A stretch of 64,000 bases of DNA from an uncultured Oscillospiraceae bacterium. GTDB lineage: Bacteria > Bacillota > Clostridia > Oscillospirales > Oscillospiraceae. Positions within the stretch are counted from its first letter, which is position 1, and every line of letters starts with the position of its first letter. Under the pieces are notes generated by a model, which saw only the letters and a program-made list of their open reading frames with translations, ran no database searches and was not told the origin of the DNA. The position numbers were made by a program, and so were the translations under genes. Where the stretch lies: contig CAZTNP010000002.1 of the NCBI GenBank assembly GCA_964615545.1, positions 1,064 through 65,063 on the forward strand. Reading direction: 5' to 3'. This document shows positions 56,576 to 64,000 of the stretch, piece after piece.

Positions 56576-58045
56576 TTAGAACGGGATCACAAAACGGCCT
56601 TCGCCGGGCTCCAATTGGAAGGTATACACGCCATCCGACGGAAGCTCAACGACTATTTTCTCTCCGTAGCGGTACATCAGCAGATGGGTCGCATTGGAGA
56701 ATTTTACGGTGACCTGATTGCTAAGCTTTTCAATGGGGTCGGTCACATTGACGATCATGAAAGCATCCTGCGCGGTGCTGCTTTCGTCTTTTGCCGTAAA
56801 CACACCGGCCATCACATCCTGTGTGCAGGACACAAACTCCATACGCTCGTGGCTGTCCAAAGCGGACGTCAGGTTTGCAAAGAGCTGGTTGTCGACCATC
56901 TCACTGGCATTTTTGTAGAGCGTTCCGGCCCAGTCGTATGCCATATAGGCATCCTCCATGGCGTGGACTTCATTATTGACCTGCTTTGCCGCATCGTACA
57001 CCCATGTGTAGGTATCCGTCTTAAAATCATAGAGGGAATAGCCGTTATCGGAGGTAAAGTTGGTCTCATTGACCGAAGAACTGTAGGTATAGTAGATCAG
57101 CTCTCGCACACCGAATGCCATGTTGGAATACACCTGGAACCGAAGGTCACCAATGTTATCCAGGCTTCTTGTACCGGTAAAGTCGCCCTTAGCCTGTACG
57201 AATGCACGAACCTCGCAGTCATTTTCCTTTGCCTTGAGAGCCATCAGCTCCAAATTGTAATAGTAGCTGTCCCGAATGAAGTTCTCGCTACCGTTATTCT
57301 TAAAGGGATAATAGTCCCAGCAGACATAGCCAAGCAGTGGTGCCACATGCTTGAAATAGTAGTCCACATACTCCCGGTAGGTATAATTCAAATTGACAGA
57401 GAGCGTAGCGGAGTTATCTGCCACATAGCCGGGGTTCAGGTTGATAAAGATCTCGCCGCCCACATCGCTATTAAGTTCAATGTACTTATTGTACAGCTCC
57501 ACCTGCCAGGCGATGGTATCCAGCTCCTGCACATTGGGTTCATCGAAGCCAAAGCTACCGCCATAACCGGGATGGTCAATATAGGCATTGTTCTCATCGA
57601 ACATCTTGGAGATGACCTTTTCAAAGTCCTCGTAGGTGTCAACGGTGTCTTCAAAATTCCGGCCTAAGCCGTAGAACGACCAGTCACGGACATAGTATTT
57701 GATGCCATACTTTTCCGCAAGATCCAGCACGGTCAGTGCCTCCTGCTCGGCAACCTCACTGCGCAGTGCAATGGTGTCAAACACATCCTCGCCGGTCAGA
57801 GACGAACCGCCCTCATAAAGTGCGATCGCCTTGGTAAAGCCTGCCTCCGCAAGCTTTTTATAGGCCTCATCCAACTTGTCGCTTACCTTCTTATTGAGGG
57901 TAGGCGCGGCATATGCTGTAAACTGCATACCCTTTTCCGCTTTTTCAAATGTGGGCTCTGTTGCAGACTTTGTGGTTCCACACCCGATCAGCAAGCAGGA
58001 GAGAAGCATTCCCACCACAAGTATTTGCCATTTAAACTTCTTCAT
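56576..58045 (-). CDS. Lipoprotein, unclassified glycoside hydrolase-like TIM barrel plus beta domain
   Basis: Lipobox LIGC; HPGYGGSFGFDEP, FINL, CWDYYPF, LRFQVYSNMAFGV..LIYY, C-terminal LEPGEG. Confidence 0.75.
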   Translation of the reverse strand: MKKFKWQILVVGMLLSCLLIGCGTTKSATEPTFEKAEKGMQFTAYAAPTLNKKVSDKLDEAYKKLAEAGFTKAIALYEGGSSLTGEDVFDTIALRSEVAEQEALTVLDLAEKYGIKYYVRDWSFYGLGRNFEDTVDTYEDFEKVISKMFDENNAYIDHPGYGGSFGFDEPNVQELDTIAWQVELYNKYIELNSDVGGEIFINLNPGYVADNSATLSVNLNYTYREYVDYYFKHVAPLLGYVCWDYYPFKNNGSENFIRDSYYYNLELMALKAKENDCEVRAFVQAKGDFTGTRSLDNIGDLRFQVYSNMAFGVRELIYYTYSSSVNETNFTSDNGYSLYDFKTDTYTWVYDAAKQVNNEVHAMEDAYMAYDWAGTLYKNASEMVDNQLFANLTSALDSHERMEFVSCTQDVMAGVFTAKDESSTAQDAFMIVNVTDPIEKLSNQVTVKFSNATHLLMYRYGEKIVVELPSDGVYTFQLEPGEGRFVIPF

Positions 58046-60308
58046 TGGCTTTTCCTGCCTCCTTTTTCTTTCGTTGCGTGATCACGCATACAGTCACGAC
58101 GGCCGCGAGCACAATAACGGCAGCTACAACAGCCACAGGCAGTACCCACACAGGGGTGCCTTCATCCGCAACATAGGATGCATTCAGTGCGACCTCTTTT
58201 TCCCAGCCGGTGTCCACCGTATCCAGGCCGCGATCAGCATAGCTGACAAGCTCCGGTTCCTCGATCACGACCTCGGGTGCCTCATTATAGATCTCTGCCG
58301 TATTGGTCACGGAGAAATTGTCGATCGTCCAGTAGCTCCAGCCGGTACAGGTGATGCCAATGTAGCCCTCCGGCTTGGCACCCTTGAGTGTGCTGTAAAG
58401 TGTGTATTCCGTTTCATCCGCGCGCTTCATATAAAGGGAGATCAGATTCTTCTGCGCGACAAGCTTAAAGCACACGGCCGCATCCGGCGAGATATCCTCT
58501 CTTTGAACAGTCTTTTCGTCATAGGTGATATCCGTAAAATAGGATGCAGGGATCGGTCTTACCTGGGTATAGGTCTCCCCTTTCAAGGGGCTGATGCTCT
58601 CCACCTTGTAAAGTGCAGAGGCCGCAGTTTCCCAGGGCGTTTCCGTATCACCGGGGCGAACGCGGATCAGGAACATGCCATAGCTGCCGTAGGTCGTGGT
58701 ATTTACATTCTTCTTACCGAAGTCAATGCCGATCCAGCGATCTAAGTATGTAGCATTTTGAATTTCATTTTCATTATCCGTTGCCAAGATGCTGGTCAAC
58801 TCGAAAGTCAGCTCAAAGGTCTCATATTCATAGGCCGGTCCAAAGAAGGTGCCGTCCAGGCAACCGTTATAAGACAGCTCTCCATCGTTTACAGAAATGG
58901 AGCCGGAGACCTCATTGATCGCATAATCGGAATTTCCGTTGCTTCCCAAGCGGTTTTGCGAGAAATCGTCTGCGAAGGACTTTGTAGTGATCACCCGATA
59001 AATGCCGTTATCCACTGTCACATCATCCAGGTAGATCTTGCCGGTGATGTCAGTTGCCGCCGCAAAACCGGTGTAGCCGGCATATTCCGTGATCCCATTG
59101 CCGGAAAGAAGCTTTCTTCCGTTTTCCGAAACGGTGAAGCTACCGTTTTTCAGCACGGTCAAGCTAAGGGTACTTCCCTTCATAGCAGTGCGGAAGCTAC
59201 CTTGTGCCAGTACGGTTTCCGTTCCCTCTGCATCATAGCGCACCATTTGACAACCGTTTTTATCAAATACCAGTGCATAGGATCGCAGGAATGGATCCTC
59301 ATAGGTATCAGAAATACCGAATACATATGCAAGCTTCTCTTCCCCAGTGGAATTGGAAAGATCCACAGTAAATGCGGTGCTCAGCACCTGCTCGGCGTCA
59401 TTCAGGTAGGTGTCCTCCTGCTTGATCGCATCATTGGTAAGCAGGCGATCACCTTTTTCTGCACCGGAGATACAGAGCTTACGAACGGCACCGTCCTCCA
59501 CCACCTGGGTAGAAAACTCGGAGGGGTTGGAGATGAGGGTGATCAGTTCAAACAGATCATCGGACTCATCGTTAAAATCCTCTGTATAGGTGCCGGTATC
59601 CGTCTCGATCACAATGTTATCGAGCATATAGCCACTAAAGGCATAATCTGTGAATACGATATTGCAGTTATGGAAGGAACGGCCGTCAGACAATGTGACC
59701 TCCTTGCTCTTGGAGGTATCAAAACTGTACCCTCTCGGTGCCATATAGATGGTAGCGGTCTTTTCGTTTTTGGGCACAATCTTGATACTGACCCACTTTC
59801 CGGCAATATTGTCGCTTCCAAAGCCCCAGTCGCTCCAGTTGGTATCCGCAAAGCCGAAGTCATCCGTTTCGCTTGCCATCATGGAGCCGTAGCACATAGG
59901 GTCACCCTTGTCCTTAAAATCGCCCAGGTAGTCCTCCGGTTCGATAATATCGGGAAAATCCAAACCGAACCAGCTTCCGGTAGACGGGAATTTCAAATCG
60001 AAGCTCAGGCTGTAAAGCTCCCAGTACCAGTCTTTGGAAATCAAAACGGTATTTTCACCGTTGGCATTTTTGCCCTTGAATTGCAGAGCCATTTCCGGGT
60101 CGGTGATCTGCTCCACGGCAAATGCACCATCGGAGGCATAGGCGCTCCATAATTCCAGGTCATATCCGCCGATCACGCTTGCATTGTCGAAATCATCGGC
60201 AATGGTGACGTTCTCCCGTTCTGCCGATGCCGGAAACACCGACAGCAGACAGCAGGCGATCAACGCAAGCGTGAAAATTCTTGCAAGTGATTTTCTTTGC
60301 ATGATCAT
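58032..60308 (-). CDS. Membrane-anchored extracellular protein with lectin/ConA-like beta domains
   Basis: Signal peptide; three segments each bounded by DDF..LD[ND]; GY.G[FI] motifs; C-terminal TM helix and basic tail; ATG 60308 after AAGGAG. Confidence 0.75.
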   Translation of the reverse strand: MIMQRKSLARIFTLALIACCLLSVFPASAERENVTIADDFDNASVIGGYDLELWSAYASDGAFAVEQITDPEMALQFKGKNANGENTVLISKDWYWELYSLSFDLKFPSTGSWFGLDFPDIIEPEDYLGDFKDKGDPMCYGSMMASETDDFGFADTNWSDWGFGSDNIAGKWVSIKIVPKNEKTATIYMAPRGYSFDTSKSKEVTLSDGRSFHNCNIVFTDYAFSGYMLDNIVIETDTGTYTEDFNDESDDLFELITLISNPSEFSTQVVEDGAVRKLCISGAEKGDRLLTNDAIKQEDTYLNDAEQVLSTAFTVDLSNSTGEEKLAYVFGISDTYEDPFLRSYALVFDKNGCQMVRYDAEGTETVLAQGSFRTAMKGSTLSLTVLKNGSFTVSENGRKLLSGNGITEYAGYTGFAAATDITGKIYLDDVTVDNGIYRVITTKSFADDFSQNRLGSNGNSDYAINEVSGSISVNDGELSYNGCLDGTFFGPAYEYETFELTFELTSILATDNENEIQNATYLDRWIGIDFGKKNVNTTTYGSYGMFLIRVRPGDTETPWETAASALYKVESISPLKGETYTQVRPIPASYFTDITYDEKTVQREDISPDAAVCFKLVAQKNLISLYMKRADETEYTLYSTLKGAKPEGYIGITCTGWSYWTIDNFSVTNTAEIYNEAPEVVIEEPELVSYADRGLDTVDTGWEKEVALNASYVADEGTPVWVLPVAVVAAVIVLAAVVTVCVITQRKKKEAGKANEEV

Positions 60309-60325
60309 TCTCCTTTTTTTCATAC

Positions 60326-61285
60326 TTAACATCCGAAATGCTTGCCCACTCTATCCAGCAATTTCTTTACGATCACGACAATAGGAGCAGCCACGACCGT
60401 AAAGCAAAGACCCATTGCGGCACCCCATTCCAAATCGGAATTGGCGCCCTTGATCAGTCCGTTGACCAGGTAGGCGATTGTCTGGGAGGACTGTCCCGGG
60501 CCGCCCTCCGTCAAAAGTTCAACCTGAATAAATATGGTAAATACGGTCGTAATGCTTCCCAAAATGGCCACGGAAATGGTCGGCCAAATCATGGGGATGA
60601 CGATTTGGAACAACTCACGGAACCGACCTACGCCCTCCATATGGGAGTATTCCATTACATCCTTTGGCAGATTTTCCATTGCGGCGCCGATGATCAGAAT
60701 GTTATAGCCTGTACCTACCCAAAGGCAGTAGATCAGGACGAGCCAAAAGGCCAGCTTGGTATCACCGAACCAGCTTGGCAGATCCTTTGCCGCAACGCCC
60801 AGCTTTTCCAGCAGAATGTTGATGGGACCCACACTGGTATCAAACATGAATTTGAACACCATGGTATAGATGACAATGGAAATGATGGACGGCAGGAAGT
60901 ATACAATGCGGAAGAAGCTTCTGCCGGGCATTTTCTTATAAAAGAAATAAGAAAGAATGATTGAGAGCAGCAGCAATACCAAATTGTTTGCGCCGGCCAA
61001 AAGAGAGTTCTTCACTGCGTTTTTGATCTGCGGCAGTGCATTCCACTCCTGAATAAAGCGCTTGTAGTTATTCAGCGACCATTCCATGGTGCCGGTCTTA
61101 TAGTTCATCGTCTGGAACGACATAACCACGGAGTCGATATTCACATACACAAAGAATATCAGCCACTGCAACAGCGGCAAGGCCAGCATGCCGCAGATAA
61201 AAAGCGTTCGCCTTGTCTTACGGGAAAGCCCCTTCTTTTCCGAGGCCAGCCTTGCGGAACCGGTTTTCATTTTTAAGCCTTTCAT
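60326..61285 (-). CDS. Carbohydrate ABC transporter permease (MalF-like)
   Basis: FFRIVYFLP, EAA-like loop (MEYSHMEG..F.IVIPM.WP), GGP. Confidence 0.92.
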   Translation of the reverse strand: MKGLKMKTGSARLASEKKGLSRKTRRTLFICGMLALPLLQWLIFFVYVNIDSVVMSFQTMNYKTGTMEWSLNNYKRFIQEWNALPQIKNAVKNSLLAGANNLVLLLLSIILSYFFYKKMPGRSFFRIVYFLPSIISIVIYTMVFKFMFDTSVGPINILLEKLGVAAKDLPSWFGDTKLAFWLVLIYCLWVGTGYNILIIGAAMENLPKDVMEYSHMEGVGRFRELFQIVIPMIWPTISVAILGSITTVFTIFIQVELLTEGGPGQSSQTIAYLVNGLIKGANSDLEWGAAMGLCFTVVAAPIVVIVKKLLDRVGKHFGC

Positions 61286-62151
61286 TATTCCTTAATGCCT
61301 CCTCCCGTGAGATTGCCAAGCATTTGTTTTTGGAATATGGCAAAGAGCACGATCACCGGAACGATCGTCACCAGCATAGCCGCAAACAAAAGCGGATAAT
61401 TTCCCGTGCCGGTGGCAACAGCGGAAATATGGGTAAGACCCACCGCCAATGTGGGGTGCTGATCGTAAAACAGAGAGGGATACCAGTAATCGTTCCAAAA
61501 GCCTAAAAAGCACAGGATCGAATAAGTGGTAAGTGCTTTCTTTGCCAGAGGCATCATAATACGGAAATAGATCTGCAGGTCACTGGCACCGTCGATCATA
61601 GCGCTCTCCGCAAACGACCAGGAAATGGATTTATAGTAGGCATGCAGATACAGGAAGCTACCGCCAAATGCGCCGCCCTGCAAGATCAACATGCCAAAGT
61701 AGTTATTGGAAAGCCCCGTGTTGTTCATCAGCTTGAAAACTGCCGGAAGTGCGCCGACCGTAGGGATCATGGAAGAAACGATAATCACCATATAGATCAC
61801 CTGATTGCCCCGGAAATCGTACTTAGCCAGTGTGTAAGCCGCCGCAGACTGCATCATCATAGAAACCACTGTCAGACCCAGTGCAAGGGAGACCGAGTTG
61901 AGGAACATACTCACCAGGGATAGAGACTCAGATCCAGTCACCTCCCCCATATTAAGAAACACATCCTTAAAGTTGTCAAAGGTGATATGCTCCGGAATGC
62001 CCAAGGGATCCTGGATAAATCCCCACGCATCGTTCAGGGAGCCTAAGATCAGATAGAGAAACGGATAAAGCAGTGTAGCCGCATATATCAGCAGAAGGAC
62101 AAACACGACCATCGTCACGGCATCCCATTTTCTCTTCTTATGAAGCTTCAT
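61285..62151 (-). CDS. Carbohydrate ABC transporter permease (MalG-like)
   Basis: AAYTLAKY.F.G, ESAMIDGAS..IYFRIMMP, WNDY, FQK. Confidence 0.93.
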   Translation of the reverse strand: MKLHKKRKWDAVTMVVFVLLLIYAATLLYPFLYLILGSLNDAWGFIQDPLGIPEHITFDNFKDVFLNMGEVTGSESLSLVSMFLNSVSLALGLTVVSMMMQSAAAYTLAKYDFRGNQVIYMVIIVSSMIPTVGALPAVFKLMNNTGLSNNYFGMLILQGGAFGGSFLYLHAYYKSISWSFAESAMIDGASDLQIYFRIMMPLAKKALTTYSILCFLGFWNDYWYPSLFYDQHPTLAVGLTHISAVATGTGNYPLLFAAMLVTIVPVIVLFAIFQKQMLGNLTGGGIKE

Positions 62152-64000
62152 TCTTTTTTCCTCCTTTTGCTAATATTTTCGCCGAGTCGTAAATCAGCTT
62201 GCCGATCACAGAACCGAAGCCGTGATTACAGCTTGCCTGCTCGTCAAAAAATTCCCAAATCGTGCCGGTGCGTTCTGCCATTGGGAAGAAACGCTCCTCA
62301 CATTCGTGCAGTACCAAATCATATCTTTCCATTTTGTACAGACACATCAGCCGCAGAACACCGCCGATAAACAAAGCAGATGGGCAAACGGTGTAGCCGC
62401 AATGGGCAAATCCGCTGTAAAAGTTTTCTGCAAATGTCCTGCTGTCCGGCGCAAGGCCAAAATACTGGGCAAAGATCTGGCACAGCTCACTGCAATTATC
62501 CGTGGGCACGATCTTCCCATCTACGCGCAGGGCATTATCTATGAAAACCGTTCCATTGAAGGACATTTTGAAAACCGTTTCCCTGACCTGCTCGGATCTT
62601 TTCAGCAGTGAAGGATCCTGCAGGATCGTTCCAGCCGCCCGCAAAGCATCCGCATAAAGCATATTGGTCGGGAAATTGATCCCATCCACAAAGTCCGTTG
62701 CCCTGCTCCACTCAATAAAGACCCAGCCCTGAAGATTTTCCAGCAAGCCAAGCTCGTTTTCATAACCGCTGAAAAAGTCTAAAATATCCCGGATACGCTG
62801 TCTATGTTGCCGGATAAACTCCACATCACCGGTGCGCTTTTCGTAGTCCTCCAATTCCAGCACATACCACAGAATCCAGTTAGGGATATAACCATTCTCA
62901 TTTGAAACCTCTGCTGGATAACACATCGGCATTATGCCATTATGGGGGAATATTCTGTTTTGATAGAGAAGATAGTTTTCAAGAAAATTTCGTTCCACTT
63001 TATTTTTCCCGGTAAAAAAGCATTCTGCTTTTCCAAGAAAATAACTGTCACAAAGCCATCCAGCCCGTTCTCTGGAGGGGCAATCTGTAAAAATATCATA
63101 GGCGTTTTGTGCAAATGTATTTTGTGCCGCTTGAAAAATTTCCTGCAGTACCGGATTTGACCCCGGAAGCAATCTGCTCTGGATATCAGGATTCTCTATG
63201 GAGATCATCGAAACAAACCGAATCTCCGCTTTTCCTTTTATGACAAGCTGAATATACTTTGCAGAGTAAACCTCTTGAGAATAGAGTGTATATGTCCCCT
63301 TTTCCAGTGTCCACTTCAAACCGTGGATGATATGCTCCCGGTTAAACTTCACATACCCCTCTGACAGAACATCATCGTATGTCAGCCAAAGGTCTGTCTT
63401 TTCTGCCACCTGAACCTGTATACAGAATTTCCCACAGTATACCCTGGGCAGGGCATATATTAAGTAATGAAGATCATCCGATGTTTCCTCTGTTATCCGA
63501 AAGGACTGCAGTTCTTTGCTTAGCACGCATTGGCAATCTTGCCGCTTAAACGCATCCAATTTTCTTCCGTCATCCAGTAACCGGGTCAAATCATTTTCCC
63601 ATACAGAATGATTATCCATATACGCTTTGCCGTATTTTAAAAGCTGACCTGGTATCCGCTCATTCATCGAGCGGGATACATTACGCTCCAAAAGCTGTGG
63701 GCAGGAAATCGTGTGTGTCTTCAAGATTGGAAAATCCATCCCATTGGCTGCAAACCGATCCCTTTGCATACTGTAAATCTCTAAGAAGCCGCGCTGACTG
63801 GACATTCTCTCAACTTTGCTCAGTTTGTCTGTCATCCACTGGCAAATAAAATCTTCTGTATGCAATATTGCATTTTCATTTTGTAAAACCGTTGCAGCAA
63901 ATAGCGGTTCATCCTTTACCGTACAAAGGGTATTGGTATTATTAGACTGTACAAAAAACTGAACACAGTTTTTCTGCCGTGTCAAAAAACGAGAAATGTC
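62138..64000 (-). CDS. GH78 alpha-L-rhamnosidase-like protein (5' end beyond window)
   Basis: DCPSRERAGWLCD, FIEW, TGTIWE..SCNHG; the frame stays open to the window edge. Confidence 0.85.
   Translation of the reverse strand, partial: DISRFLTRQKNCVQFFVQSNNTNTLCTVKDEPLFAATVLQNENAILHTEDFICQWMTDKLSKVERMSSQRGFLEIYSMQRDRFAANGMDFPILKTHTISCPQLLERNVSRSMNERIPGQLLKYGKAYMDNHSVWENDLTRLLDDGRKLDAFKRQDCQCVLSKELQSFRITEETSDDLHYLIYALPRVYCGKFCIQVQVAEKTDLWLTYDDVLSEGYVKFNREHIIHGLKWTLEKGTYTLYSQEVYSAKYIQLVIKGKAEIRFVSMISIENPDIQSRLLPGSNPVLQEIFQAAQNTFAQNAYDIFTDCPSRERAGWLCDSYFLGKAECFFTGKNKVERNFLENYLLYQNRIFPHNGIMPMCYPAEVSNENGYIPNWILWYVLELEDYEKRTGDVEFIRQHRQRIRDILDFFSGYENELGLLENLQGWVFIEWSRATDFVDGINFPTNMLYADALRAAGTILQDPSLLKRSEQVRETVFKMSFNGTVFIDNALRVDGKIVPTDNCSELCQIFAQYFGLAPDSRTFAENFYSGFAHCGYTVCPSALFIGGVLRLMCLYKMERYDLVLHECEERFFPMAERTGTIWEFFDEQASCNHGFGSVIGKLIYDSAKILAKGGKKNEAS

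Noticed and set aside
55190-57667. 825-aa plus-strand ORF, and similar long antisense ORFs (2272-3480, 29054-30331, 45782-47326, 53783-55096, 58758-60152)
   Set aside because: They lie opposite well-supported genes, have no recognisable motifs, and are expected from codon bias in the real genes.
45632-60308. Cellulosome-type (cohesin/dockerin) or sortase-anchored organisation
   Set aside because: No duplicated dockerin Ca-binding motifs, cohesin signatures, SLH or LPXTG motifs were recognised.

Overview
Chromosomal segment of a Bacillota (Clostridia) bacterium, most likely Oscillospiraceae/Ruminococcaceae. This is inferred from polC, the TIGR03960/TIGR03936 pair, a spoIVFB-like gene and GlnRS. 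Most genes lie on the minus strand. Positions 1-42.2 kb are mainly core genes: rluD, lspA, pta, nfeD/SPFH, rpsF-ssb-rpsR, udp, pyrH-frr-uppS-cdsA-dxr-rseP-ispG-polC, glnS, tRNA-Ser/Thr/Pro, yitT, a topoisomerase IV-like pair, mutY, rsmE, a radical SAM pair, a HAD hydrolase and uvrB. Three accessory elements stand out. (1) A structurally complete but ORF-less group IIC intron (21304-21884, minus strand) sits 4 nt after a terminator stem and 1 nt from the glnS stop codon. (2) A GH2-GH3 islet next to tRNA-Ser has a GH2 with an apparently foreign N-terminus. (3) A >21.7 kb Gram-positive glycan utilisation locus (42231 to beyond the window end) encodes GH78, ABC permeases, a solute-binding protein and a variant GH95. 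It also encodes three paralogous unclassified 'DEP'-motif TIM-barrel glycosidase-like domains (cytoplasmic, lipoprotein, secreted) and two giant surface proteins that together carry 12 copies of a ~150-160 aa Trp-rich module I cannot assign to a named family. This locus is the best candidate for an undescribed system. The frr-uppS spacer is also densely packed with hairpins. No CRISPR array, rRNA, transposase or integrase was seen. All family calls are from motif recognition, not database searches.
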